Source of the DNA: Eledone cirrhosa
Taxonomy: Eukaryota
NCBI GenBank assembly: GCA_964016885.1
Contig: OZ024743.1
Location: 270,878,001-270,942,000 of the forward strand
Direction: 5' to 3'
Length of the DNA stretch: 64,000 bases
Numbering within the stretch: position 1 is the stretch's first letter; every line of letters starts with the position of its first letter. A program made the translations under genes and the position numbers. Positions 31,179 through 44,689 of the stretch are shown piece by piece. The notes below the pieces were generated by a model that was given only the letters and a program-made list of their open reading frames with translations, ran no database searches and was not told the origin of the DNA.

Positions 31179-34100
31179 AAACAAGTAACATAATAAAAGT
31201 AACAGCCACAATGGTAGAAATAACAGCAACAACAACAATAACAATAGAGAAAACAACAACAATACATCTAACAATCATAACAATAATAATAATGTTAATG
31301 GTAGGAACAACAACAACCATAATAACAATAATAGCAACACACACAACTATGACGATAGATATAATGACAACCCCTTAGAGAAACTATTCTTCAACCCAGC
31401 TGACAAAACATATAAGATGAGTAAAATTTATCCTACGAGGTTACCCTTTAATAAAAGGGTTTGTATACCACACCAAATAGATGACGAGACAGAGGCACAG
31501 TTCACCATAGCTAGAAATAAGATGAGACATATAGTAGACCGATATACTAAGAGGCAAAGCAGACCAGAAATCCAACAACTTGGAAGGAAACCTGTAGAAG
31601 GCTTAGTTAGCCTCAAGCAGCGCACAAGGGATGGTGAGGTAGTATGTCTACCCACGGATAAATCTGGTAGGATGTCGATAGACAACATGCCGAACTACAT
31701 CAAGGCTATGCAACCCCACATCACCAACACGAGCGAAACTACACAACAAACACATGAGTGGAGAGAAAAGATCCTCAACGCTCACATGATGATGCGGACC
31801 GACATCCTAAAGTCAAGCAAACGCACTGCCAACAACTTCCAGGCGTCTAACAATGACATACCACCCTTGTATGGGCTCCGCAAAGACCATAAGACAGTTG
31901 ACGACCCGACGACAGAACCACCAACAAGACCTGTATGCGGAGCCAATATCGCTAGCAACTACAGGATGTCGCACTTCATCTCAATGGTTATACGCCCCAT
32001 AATTAAGATGTCCCCAGATGTATGTGACAGTACAGAGGACCTCCTCAGCAGAATCAATGAGTGCAACAAAAACAAAAACTTATCTAACTGCATAATAGGC
32101 AGTATGGACGTGGTATCACTATACCCATCGATTAACATTGATTTTGCTGTGGAAAAATGCGTGGAAATAATCCGTGAGAGTGAGGTGGAGTTCTGCGACG
32201 TCGACACAGATGAACTGGGCCACCTACTTAGACTTACTTATGACACCGAGTACCTAGACAGCCATGACCTTAGCCGTTTCTGCCCCAGTAGACCCATAAG
32301 AGGTAGACCCCCCCCCCCACCCACACACACACACCATAACCTCAATGGCAAAAAAGAGTCCCATGGGAAGGTGGATTGGGTGGACCAAAGCCATACGGAC
32401 ACCCCAAAACAATGATCAGGTGAGAAAAATGGTCGCGCATGCAATAGGGGCTAGTATTAAAACTACCCTAAAGGGCCATATATTCAAATTCAATGAAAAT
32501 ATCTACACCCAAAATGAGGGAGAAGCTATTGGCGTCAGCATAGCTGATGATGTTGCCAAACTTTTTATGGTATGGTGGGAAAGGAGACTCAAAGATCTCC
32601 TTGATGAGAGCTCCATAGACCTCATCATGTACTCTCGTTACGTAGACGATATTAATATAGTAAAAAGGATACCCCCACAAGAGAGTACTAACGAACATGA
32701 TTTAGAATATAGGACATTGGAAAGCATCCAGCAGATAGCTAACTCCATACTCCAGAGTATAACTGTAACTATCGACTACCCTTCCAAACACCCTAACAAT
32801 AGACTACCTGTATTAGACACGGAACTCTGGATTAACACTATAGACGAGAGAGCCCAAATTCTCCACTCACACTACGCTAAACCCATGGCCTCCAAATACC
32901 TGATACTCAAAAACTCAGCAATGTCCAGTAGTGCTAAGTTTAATATTCTGATCGCAGACTTGGTACGAGTGATGAAGAACGTGTCCCGCATGTGCGACCC
33001 AACAGAAATGGAAAGACACATCCAACACTTCATCAACCGCATGCAGTTCTCTGGCTACAACCAAAGAGACAGAATCAGAGTATACAAAGGAGCCACGGAG
33101 AAGTATAAGACCCTCGTAGAACTAGACATGAAAGGAATTTGCCCATTATACAGGAACAAATTATGGAATAGCTTAGATAGGACTAAACATAAGATAGGGA
33201 AAGCCACCTCATGGTACGACAACCAGAGATATCAGAGTGTCATTTTCGTGGATGCTACCCATGGAGGGAAATTAGCTAACCAATGTAGAAAGGCCCTAAG
33301 AAAGACCCACTTAAAGATTAAAATGGTAGAAAAGCCAGGAACTACCATAAAATCTCTGATCAGCAAAACATACCCTTTGAAGAAAACCCACTGTACTAAT
33401 AAGAAATGTGTTATATGTAAAGTAAAGCCCCAGATAAAATGTAAAACTAGAAATGTAGTCTATAGCATAAGATGTACAGAGGGTACTCGCAGAAACATGA
33501 CAACGACATACATAGGCGAGACAGCTCGTAGCATAGGAGAAAGAATAAACCAACACTGGGGGGAATTAAAAGGACAAAAAAACGATGAGTACTATACGAA
33601 CACGCCAGACAACAACATGACGGTAACATTGACAACATAGAAATTAAAATAATATCTAAATATAGAAATGACCCAACAAGTAGGCAAATCAGAGAAGCAA
33701 GGGAAATAGGGCTTAGAAAGCCAAAGTTAAACAGAAAAAATGAATAGAATAACAACACCCAAACAAACAATACTGACTTAAGAGAAATATATATAAATAA
33801 ATAAATAAATATATATATACACAAGTACAATAACAACAAACACATATAAACACACACTAATAAACTAAGATAGAATACAATAACCAAAATACATATACCC
33901 AAACGCGAACACACACACCAAATACAATACACACACGCAAACGTATGCGCAGAGACGGAGACAAAAAAAAATAAATAAATAGATAAAATAAAAATGGCGT
34001 AGACATTACAATACAGCAAGGAAAACATGATAATAGTACCACTGATGATGTTGCAGATGTGCAACGAAAGAACTTTGTTAAACTATATATATTTATATCT

Positions 34101-34439
34101 GTATTTTTGACCGTTGGTCAGTCAGTGATAAACATTGATGGCCAAATGAATTAACTATGGAGATATAAAAGATACAGAAGCGAAAACCAACCAAACAGTG
34201 AGTGTGTTCTGTTATTATTTCTGGCAATATTATTACGGTGGATTGGCAGTATCGCCATGTTTTCCAGCATAGTTACGTCCCTTTACGATCTGAGTTCAAA
34301 TCTCGCCGAGGTTGACTCTGCCTTTCATCCTTACGGGATTGATAAAATAAAGTACCAGTAATGCACTGGGTAATTGCTGGCCTTGTGCCTAAAGTAGAAA
34401 CAATTATTACACAAATATGACCCGCCCAAGTATAACAAT
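30636..34439 (+). mobile_element. Near full-length PLE (Nematis-like), RT plus GIY-YIG, frameshifted
   Basis: ORFs 30653, 31417 and 32345 give LPPKFAIY, LPTDKSGR, LYGLRKDHK, TRPVCGA, GSMDVVSLYPSI, GEAIG, YSRYVDD, CTNKKCVIC, NVVYSIRC..YIGETARSIGERINQH. Asn-rich repeat at 30850-31370; degenerate HHR at 34038-34079; tail ATGACCCGCCCAAGTATAACAA-(TA)n. Clade assignment is inference. Confidence 0.9.
34236..34409 (+). mobile_element. SINE family 1 inserted in the PLE tail
   Basis: GGTGGATTGGCAGTATCG...GAGTTCAAATCTCGCCGAGG...AAAGTAGAAACAATTATT. Confidence 0.85.
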
Positions 34440-34464
34440 ATATATATATATATATATATACAGT

Positions 34465-34510
<46 letters not shown>

Positions 34511-34551
34511 GTGTGTACATATATATAGTTGTGTATATATATATATATGTA

Positions 34552-34610
<59 letters not shown>

Positions 34611-34742
34611 ATCATCTATATCTATGTATTATCAGACTAAAATTTCTTTAGTCAGAAAATACGGTGAAACTATTCTATTTTCTAATTTCAAACCTGCTCA
34701 CTGTTTCAAAACATATTTACTTATATATATATACACACACAC

Positions 34743-34849
<107 letters not shown>

Positions 34850-35040
34850 GGTTTGAGGTTCACCACTGTATAGAGCTGGTCTATTCCGTATGGTCAATCG
34901 TAATGCAATAATATAGAGAGTACTCAACGTAAGGCAGTTCAACCGTCTTTGTTTTTGTAGTTGGTGGTGCTATTACGGAGTTAAATATTATAATGAAATG
35001 ACAGGAGGCTGGATTTGTGTAAATCCTTGAAAGGTTTATT

Positions 35041-35098
35041 ATACTATGATCATTTCAATGACCGGGTTCCGTATGAATCCGGTGATATCATCAGGTAT
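35041..35098 (-). ncRNA. Type I minimal hammerhead ribozyme (inverted arm copy)
   Basis: Exact reverse complement of 37446-37503. Confidence 0.7.
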
Positions 35099-37445
35099 TC
35101 GAAATATAATACGTGAATGCAATAGATAAAATCGATGGGGCTGAAAATCGAGGACCCGAGGGCGACCGCTATTCTGTTCCTTCAACCTCAGCCGGTCGCC
35201 CTGGAGTGACGTGGCTACCGTTTATAGTATGCTACTACCGGTCAGATAAACGAAAACAGAAAGGGATGGGAACATAAGTTAACGTCAATCTCATGACACA
35301 AGGTAAAAGAAAGAAAGAAAGGAAGGAGAGAGAAGAAGGGGGAAGAAAGAAGAGAAGCCAGGGTTAATGTCAGCTAAAAGAAGAAAGGCAACTACTACCG
35401 GTCAGATATAGGCAAGCAAGAGGGGGAAGGAAGATAAGTCTGCGGGAGGAAGACAGGAAGAGGGGAGAAGAGAAGGGAGAGAATAGAGAAGTAGAAAAGT
35501 AAGGGTTGATGCACCCTTAGCACACGACACAGGATCCCCCCCCCCCCGGAACATAAATACTGCAACCTGAACTATATTGTAATTCTCCTATGTCTTGATT
35601 TCTCCATCTTACTCCAACACCACTCTTGTTGGTTTATTTACATATGTATACCTATATAGTGATATGTTTATATATTTATACCTCTGCTGTACCAATGTGC
35701 TCTTCCACGTATTCCACTTCTATGTATCCATGTATTTCTACTCCTCACATTGGGACTTGTACCCATTAGCACACGACACTAGAATGTCTCCTCCTGAGAA
35801 CAAAAATAAATATTACCCGACTATATCCCGTACTCTACATCCCACTAGGATAAATTACAGATCTACATAATACAATTAACGTTTCTTCATAAAAGACTCT
35901 ATTTAATTAAACCCCGCAACCCAAAACCTCATAGAAGTTATTTGAATGTTTAATCTTCAATTTTCTGTTTGTTCAATTCTCAATCTTCTTACTCCTTAGT
36001 TTTATAATGTTATTCTGAATTCTTTCAACTTCATCCGATAGAGTTAAGCAAAATTCTAAAGTTCCAACTTTCTGTCGGACTGTTGGGTGGGTTTTAATGG
36101 CGGCGCGACCAGCTCCCTGGCGAACGAGTTCACCTGGAGTGCTTGGAAAAATAAATTTCCCCTTCTTTCGGTAAATGAAAATACTCGGCGTGGCTTAATT
36201 CGCCATGGGGCTCGGGGCGCGGCCGGTGTTTTAACCGCCATATAGTACCTTTAAATTACAGAACAAATCGGAACTATTAGATATATCAACCTGAAAGTGT
36301 TAAACTGTTGAACTTTAAATTTTCTAACCTCTTTAATATTGAATATTGATTATTAATTTTTTAACTTCATCCTATAAGTCTAAACATTGTAACACACTGA
36401 CCCCCAATATATTCACCTCTGCTAAGATGCGGGTCCCTGTGAAAATTTTCTCACGCCACTCCTGGCCCGACTGTGGTGTGACATTAATATCGACCTTTCT
36501 TCCTCTCTCTTTCTATCTTCCTTCTTGTAGCCATCAACCATTACTCTTCTAAGCAAAATTTTAAAGTTCCAACTTTCTGTCGGACTGTTGGGTGGGTTTT
36601 AATGGCGGCGCGACCAGCTCCCTGGCGAACGAGCTCACCTGGAGTGCTTGGAAAAATAAATTTCCCCTTCTTTCGGTAAATGAAAATACTCGGCGTAGCT
36701 TAATTCGCCATGGGGCCCGAGGCGCGGCCGGTGTTTTAACCGCCACATAGTTCCTTTAAATTACAGAACAAATCGGAACTATTATATAATAAAATGTTAA
36801 ACTGTTGAACTTTAAATTTTCTAACCTCTTTAATATTGAATATTGATTATTAATTTTTTTAACTTCATCCTAGAAGTCTAAACACTCTAACACACTGACT
36901 CCCAATATATTCACCTCTGCTAAGATGCGGGTCCCTGTGAAAATTTTCTCGCGCCACTCCTGGCCTGACTGTGGTTTGACATTAATATCGACCTTTCTTC
37001 CTCTTTCTTTCTATCTTCCTTCTTGTAGCCATCAACCCTTACTTTTCTACTTCTCTCTTCTCTTCCTTCTCTTCTCCCCTCTTCCTGTCTTCCTCCCGCA
37101 GACTTATCTTCCTTCCCCCTCTTGCTTGCCTATATCTGACCGGTAATAGTTGCCTTTCTTCTTTTAGCTGACATTAACCCTGGCTTCTCTTCTTCTTTCT
37201 TCCCCCTTCTTCTCTCTCCTTCCTTTCTTTCTTTCTTTTACCTTGTGTCATGAGATTGACGTTAACTTATGTTCCCATCCCTTTCTGTTTTCGTTTATCT
37301 GACTGGTAGTAGCATACTATAAACTGTAGCCACGTCACTCCAGGGCGACCGGCTGAGGTTGAAGGAACAGAATAGCGGTCGCCCTCGGGTCCTCGATTTT
37401 CAGCCCCGTGGATTTTATCTATTGCATTCACGTATTATATTTCGA

Positions 37446-37503
37446 ATACCTGATGATATCACCGGATTCATACGGAACCCGGTCATTGAAATGATCATAG
37501 TAT
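37446..37503 (+). ncRNA. Type I minimal hammerhead ribozyme
   Basis: ATAC-CTGATGA-[TATCACCGGATTC..GAACCCGGTCATT]-GAA-ATGATCAT-A-GTAT; palindromic stem III; predicted cut after A37499; AATAAA immediately downstream. Confidence 0.72.
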
Positions 37504-37549
37504 AATAAACCTTTCAAGGATTTACACAAATCCAGCCTCCTGTCATTTC

Positions 37550-37630
<81 letters not shown>

Positions 37631-37731
37631 ATACTTTAGGAGGGTCATGTTGCCAAAGTATAACAATATCGGTTTCAACACACGTTTTCAGATAAAGAAT
37701 CTTGCTAAACAAATTCAGAAACGAAATATAT

Positions 37732-38237
<506 letters not shown>

Positions 38238-38338
38238 GGAATCCAGTCCTCGATAGCTGTTCCAGTTGCCGAATTATTATTATTTTTATATGAGTCCTCA
38301 GTGTCCGCGCATCGCCTGGAGACTCGGCTGAGAATGAC

Positions 38339-38418
38339 CTCCCTGATGACGCAATGAAATTCTCAACAGTTCATTACGTAACTGTCTTTATCCCATTGCA
38401 GAAACTAATTAGTTGGAG
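38339..38418 (+). ncRNA. Type I hammerhead ribozyme, copy 1
   Basis: CTCC-CTGATGA-C[GCAATG...CATTGC]A-GAA-ACTAATTAGT-T-GGAG; palindromic stem III; GUU site; C/A mismatch at the base of stem II. Confidence 0.65.
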
Positions 38419-38894
38419 TGAAAATTTAAGTAAGTAAGTTAATTTTTTTGAAAAAGATTTTTTTAAGAAATTTTCTTATTTTACGTCTTATATATTATTG
38501 TTCTGCATTCTCCTGCATTGAACCACCTAGGTACTATGACATAACCTGTGTATTTGCTGGCATTAGCGTACATCTGTGCGCTTATGTTAGTAGATATATT
38601 AAATTATCTATATTTATCTCCAAATCACTGATTTGTCGAGCAAACCTGCTAAAACCACTTCTAAATTTTTTGGGGGGTGTTAGTAGGCGTCTGTCATCTT
38701 ACCATCCCATTCCTACTGACTAGTCTCTGTGTCACGTGATTGATTCTTTAGAATCGGCCATATGATCAGTGGCAGTGAGAATTTTCAGTGGCTGGAATCC
38801 AGTCCTCGATAGTTGTTCCAGTTGCCGAATTATTATTATTTTTATATTAGTCCCCAGTGTCCGCGCATCGCCTGGAGACTCGGCTGAGAATGAC

Positions 38895-38974
38895 CTCCCT
38901 GATGACGCAATGAAATTCTGAACAGTTCATTACGTAACTGTCTTTATCCCATTGCAGAAACTAATTAGTTGGAG
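38895..38974 (+). ncRNA. Type I hammerhead ribozyme, copy 2
   Basis: Same core as 38339-38418. Confidence 0.65.
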
Positions 38975-39042
38975 TGAAAATTTAAGTAAGTAAGTTAATT
39001 TTTTTGAAAAAAATTTTTTTAAGAGATTTTCTTATTTTACGT

Positions 39043-39090
<48 letters not shown>

Positions 39091-39094
<4 letters not shown>

Positions 39095-39400
39095 AAAGTT
39101 CTATTTAAAGTTGTTGGGATACAACAAGTAAATATTTTTATAACTGATATAAAGCACTCGACAAGTTTTTGGAGTAGATATACGATATTAATAAATGGAA
39201 ACTATATTTATAAAACCATATTTATTTCATTATACATATTTCAGGGATACCATATTAAATTATGGTATGCCTTCATCAGACAAAATACAATATATAACAG
39301 TTTTACAAATAGCTTTGACGTACCCTTTTAAAATACAACCATTCCTTTTGGAGGCTGTCTGGATAGTGATTTGTTTATATTGTTTTAATAAGTCATAGTG
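39091..39400 (-). mobile_element. Naiad-type solo pLTR with HHR (39224-39286)
   Basis: Minus strand: ATTTTGT-CTGATGA-[AGGCATACCATA..TATGGTATCCCT]-GAA-ATATGTAT-A-ATGAAAT; colinear with 60204-60474; the 3' tail abuts (TA)n. Confidence 0.78.
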
Positions 39401-39460
39401 TTAAGCACAATTAGAAAAAGACGGAGATAAAGAAAAAGAAAAAAGACGGAGAGAGAGAAA

Positions 39461-39554
39461 AGTGGTGGTGGTGGTGGTGGTGGTAGTAGTGGTGGTGGTG
39501 GTGGTGGTGGTGGTGGTGGTGGTGGTGGTGGTGGTGATGGCGGTGGTAGTAGTT

Positions 39555-39600
<46 letters not shown>

Positions 39601-39628
39601 CAGCAGCAGCAGCAGTAGCAGCAGCAGC

Positions 39629-39663
<35 letters not shown>

Positions 39664-39739
39664 CGGTGGCGGTGGTAGTAGTAGTAGTTGTAGTAGTAGT
39701 GGTGGTGATAGTAGTAGTAGTAGTAGTAGTAACAGCAGC

Positions 39740-39791
<52 letters not shown>

Positions 39792-39910
39792 ATGGTGGTG
39801 GTGGTGATAGTAGTAGTGGTAGTAGTAGTAGTAGTGGTGGTTATAATAGTAGTAGTAGTAGTAGCAGCAGTGGTAGTAGTAGTAGTAGTGGTGGTGGTGG
39901 TAGTAGTAGT
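39461..39910. repeat. (GTG)/(GTA)/(GCA) trinucleotide repeat
   Basis: Direct reading. Confidence 0.95.
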
Positions 39911-40012
39911 ACCACAACACCACCACCACTACTCCAACAGCACCACCTACTCATACACTGACCATCACCATCAATACACCAAATAATGTGTATATACATA
40001 TATATATATATA

Positions 40013-40085
<73 letters not shown>

Positions 40086-40134
40086 ATATATATATGTGTG
40101 TGTGTATATATATATGTGTGTGTGTGTATATATA

Positions 40135-40167
<33 letters not shown>

Positions 40168-40190
40168 GTGTGTGTGTGTATATATATATA

Positions 40191-40406
<216 letters not shown>

Positions 40407-40491
40407 CAGTACAAAATAAACTTTTCTGTATTTCCAGGCACGTATCAAGCCGCGGCGAAATTTCATTTCAATGCAAATCAATCAATCCAGT

Positions 40492-42163
40492 TTGGTGGTA
40501 GTGGGTTGATGGTAGAGGTTATAGTTGTAGTGGTGGTGGTGGTAGTGCTGGCGGTGGTGGTGGTGGTGGTGGTGGTGGTAGTGGGTTGATGGTAGAGGTT
40601 ATAGTTGTAGTGGTGGTGGTGGTAGTGCTGGCGGTGGTGGTGGTGGTGGTGGTGGTGGTAGTGGGTTGATGGTAGAGGTTATAGTTGTAGTGGTGGTGGT
40701 AGTAGTGCTGGCGGTGGTGGTGGTGGTGGTGGTGGTGGTGGTAGTGGGTTGATGGTAGAGGTTATAGTTGTAGTGGTGGTGGTGGTAGTGCTGGCGGTGG
40801 TGGTGGTGGTGGTGGTATGTTGTGTAGTGGCTGTGTTGCTGGTTGTGGTGTGGTTGGTAGTGGTGTAGAGGTGCTGGTGGAGATGGCGGCATTAGTGGTG
40901 GTGGTGGTGGTGGCGGTGGTGATTGTGATGGTGGTGGTGGCATTGTTGTTGTTGTTGGTGGTGGTGGTAGTGATGGTGGTGGTGGCATTAGTGGTGATGG
41001 TGGTGGTGGTGGTGGCATTAGTGGTGTTGGTGGTGGTATGTTGTGTAGTGGCTGGTGGTAGTGCTGTAATATTGGTGATAGTGATGGTGATGGTGACATT
41101 GTTGTTGTTGGTGGTGGTTGTTGTGGTGAAGATGGTGGTGGCGGTGGTGGTGGTGGTAGTGGTGTTATGTTGTGTAGTGGATGTCATGGTGGTGGAGGGT
41201 ATGATAATAATGGTAGTGGTAGGGCGACAGTCGTTATGGTGGGATGGCAATGATGGTATGGCTATAGTAGTTGGGAGACTACAGTTGTGGTGGTGGTGGT
41301 GGTTGTAGTGGTGGTAGTGGTAGTAGTAGTGGTGGTGGTGGTAACTTGTGTAGTAGTACATGGAGGTTGATGGTGGGGGTAGTAGTGGTGGTGGTAGTGG
41401 TGGTGGTAGTGGTGGTAGTGGTGGTGGTGGTGGTGGTAGTGGTGGTAGTGGTAGTAGTAGTGGTGGTGGTGGTAACTTGTGTAGTAGTACATGGAGGTTG
41501 ATGGTGGGGGTAGTAGTGGTGGTGGTAGTGGTGGTGGTAGTGGTGGTGGTGGTGGTGGTGGTGGTGGTGGTGGTGGTGGTAGTGGTAGTAGTAGTGGTGG
41601 TGGTGGTAACTTGTGTAGTAGTACATGGAGGTTGATGGTGGGGGTAGTAGTGGTGGTGGTAGTGGTGGTGGTAGTGGTGGTGGTGGTGGTGGTGGTGGTG
41701 GTGGTGGTGGTGGTGGTGGTAGTGGTAGTAGTAGTGGTGGTGGTGGTAACTTGTGTAGTAGTACATGGAGGTTGATGGTGGGGGTAGTAGTGGTGGTGGT
41801 AGTGGTGGTGGTAGTGGTGGTGGTGGTGGTGGTGGTGGTGGTGGTGGTGGTGGTAGTGGTGGTAGTGGTAGTAGTAGTGGTGGTGGTGGTAACTTGTGTA
41901 GTAGTACATGGAGGTTGATGGTGGGGGTAGTAGTGGTGGTGGTAGTGGTGGTGGTAGTGGTGGTAGTGGTGGTGGTGGTGGTAGTGGTGGTAGTGGTAGT
42001 AGTAGTGGTGGTGGTGGTAACTTGTGTAGTAGTACATGGAGGTTGATGGTGGGGGTAGTAGTGGTGGTTGTAGTGGTGGTGGTAGTGGTGGTGGTAGTGG
42101 TGGTAGTGGTGGTGGTGGTGGTGGTAATGGTGGTAGTGGTGGTGGTAATGGTGGTGGTGGTGG

Positions 42164-42165
<2 letters not shown>
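40492..42165. repeat. GGT-rich minisatellites: ~81-bp unit x4 (40492-40815) and 128-143-bp unit x6 (41283-42130)
   Basis: Anchors GGGTTGATGGTAGAGGTTATAGTTG and AACTTGTGTAGTAGTACATGGAGGTTGATGG (41343, 41474, 41608, 41748, 41891, 42019). Confidence 0.9.
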
Positions 42166-42203
<38 letters not shown>

Positions 42204-42502
42204 TTATATTGACCAGCTCAGAATGCATGTGTGTGTGTGTATGCACGTCTCCCACAACTCTCTGTCTTTCTCTCTCTGCCTTCTCTCTCTCTCTCTCTCG
42301 CTCTCTCTCACTCTCTCTTTTATATAGGTGTTAGGTTTCATTGTGTACACGTGTGTATCTATGTGTGCCAGTGTGTGAGTGTATGTGTCTGTCTGTGTGT
42401 GGGTTTGTATAGGCAATAAAAATATTGATTGTTGTAGTATGTATGTGTGTGTATGTGTGTGCATGTGTGTGTATGTGTGCTTGTATTGTCTCCCTTATTA
42501 AT

Positions 42503-43298
42503 GGTTGATTGGCAGTATCAGTAGAGTCGGACGCCATGCTTTGCAGCATAGAGTTACGCCCCTTTACGGTCTGGGTTGAAATCCAGCCGAGGTTAACTTT
42601 GCCTTTCATCCTTACGGGGTCGATAAAATAAAGTACCAGTAATTCACTGGGATAATTGCTGGCCTTGTGCCAAAAGTAGAAACAATTATTATTATTATAT
42701 AAGAGTTACGGCTCTTTACAGTCTGAGTTCAAATCTCGCTGAGGTTGACTTTGCCTTTCATCCTTACGGGGTCGATAAAATATAGTACCAGTAATGCACT
42801 GGGGTAATTACTGGCCTTGTGCCAAAAGTAAAAACAATTATTAATGTGTGTGTAAGGGCCGGGGGTTGGCAGTATCAGTAGAGCGTCGGACAACATTCTT
42901 AGCGGTATATAGTTACGGATCTTTACTTTCTGTATTCAAATCCCCATAAAGGGGTCGATAAAATAAAGTACCTGTAACGCACTGGGGTCGATTTAATCGA
43001 CTTTTTTCTCCCCCAAAAAATTGTTAGCCTTATACCTAAATCAGAAATTATTGCAAGGACGACACGCAAATTCCTGAAGCGTTCCATACTTTTAAGAAGT
43101 AGAAACAATTATTAATTGTTTCTGCTTTTGGCACAAGGCCAGCAATTAGTCAGTGTATTACTGGTACTTTATTTTATCGACCCCTTAAGGAAGAAAGGCA
43201 AAGTTAACCTCGGTGGGATTTGAACTCAGATCGTAAAGGGACGTAAGTATGCTGGAAAGCATGACCGACCATCTACCGATACTGCCAATCCACCGCCC
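42503..43298. mobile_element. SINE family 1 cluster: three tandem plus copies and one minus copy (43112-43298)
   Basis: Repeated TTGGCAGTATC.GTAGAG / GTTCAAAT / TTGCCTTTCATCCTTACGGGGTCGATAAAATAAAGTACCAG / AGAAACAATTATT. Confidence 0.85.
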
Positions 43299-43329
43299 TA
43301 GAAACAATTATTAATGTGTGTTTGTCAAG

Positions 43330-43479
43330 AGACTAGGCTTAATTGTTAGGTTGGTGGGCTCACAATAGTAAGGTTGTGAGTTCGATTCCCAGTGGCGCGT
43401 TGTATCTTTGAGCAAGACATTTTATTTCACGTTGTTCCAGTCCTCCCCGCTGCTCAAATTCATTCTCCCTATACATACG

Positions 43480-43576
<97 letters not shown>

Positions 43577-44030
43577 GCGCGCGCGCACACATATATATCG
43601 TCGGATAAAATGTGTTGAGTTGTAGTGCACCTGAGCACTGTACACAATAATTTCATTATTATATAAAAAGCCATAGTGATATCTGTTCTGGCTCTTTTAT
43701 ATTCTGAGTTCAGATCCCGCCAGGAACAACTTTACCTTTCATCCTTCTGGGGTCGATAAAATAAAGTACCTGTTAAGTATTAGTGGTTACTTTAATCAAA
43801 TTTGCCCTCCTCACCAACAAAAAAAAATCTGCCGGTCTTCTGCCTAAATTAAAATATCAATATTTTCGCACGGCAAATTGTTATGGGGAGGAGAAAATTC
43901 GAATATATTGAACTTAATGGCTTAATGGTTAGGTTGTTTGACTCCCTATCATAGGGTCGTGGTTTTGATTCCTTGACTGGGCGGCGCGTTGTGTTCTTGA
44001 GTAAGATGCTTCATTTCACGTTACTTTTCA
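43330..44030 (+). mobile_element. SINE family 2 heads and a SINE family 1 fragment
   Basis: GGCTTAAT.GTTAGG...GTTCGATTCC..GGCGCGTTGT.TCTTGAG.AAGA at ~43335 and ~43918; SINE1 body at 43700-43850. Confidence 0.65.
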
Positions 44031-44047
44031 CAATAAGACTGAGACTC

Positions 44048-44360
44048 CTATCATTAACAAATTCAAGCAGCTTCCTATGAGATATATCTTCGTATGTTGC
44101 CAGCTAAACTTATATAAATGTGAGCTGTAAAACAACATATACACATGCGTTGGTTACGATCAAGGCCCCTATAATTAAAACACCCACGAAACCTCCTGTG
44201 AGATGCAGGCTCGTAGGAGGCTAACTAAACCTTCATAAATATGCACTGTAACAACTATATATATGTGTGTGTATGATAAACTTGTGTGCCTTATCATTAA
44301 AACACCAAAGAAACCTCCTATGAGATGCAGCCTCGTAGGAGGCTGGCTAAACCTACATAG
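44048..44360. repeat. ~120-bp tandem repeat with an internal hairpin
   Basis: AAACCTCCT.TGAGATGCAG.CTCGTAGGAGGCT at 44188 and 44310; degenerate copy at ~44070. Confidence 0.7.
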
Positions 44361-44689
44361 TAGACTGGTTGTTTTTCAAGATTACCATATTTGACCTCTG
44401 TGTAAATAAATGCTGCAACATATTTTGTCTGGAGCTCTTGAATTTGCAATCGACCAACCTATTAAAGTGAAATGTACCTTGTATAACTTAAATTTGGAAA
44501 TAATTGAGTTTTAAAATAACATTTCGTATATACGTATAAATAAGTGCGTGTGTTTAGAAGACGGTGGCGATTGAAATTTGAACATTGTATTAGTAGCGTT
44601 CCTCGTATTTTTTTATTACAGAAAACATTCTAATAACATGGCATATTAGCCCCCAGTACCGAACAAAATGAGCATCAGCACGCGTTCGT

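Larger units (their letters stand above)
34989..37555 (+). mobile_element. Non-coding fold-back element with ~525-bp inverted arms, each carrying an HHR, and an internal 505-bp tandem duplication
   Basis: 34989-35511 is the near-perfect reverse complement of 37030-37555; 36045-36549 is repeated from 36550; the right end runs into (TA)n. Confidence 0.9.
38238..39046 (+). mobile_element. Retrozyme-like unit: two 253-bp direct repeats (period 556), each with an HHR
   Basis: 38238-38490 matches 38794-39046; flanked on both sides by (TA)n; no convincing ORF. Confidence 0.8.
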
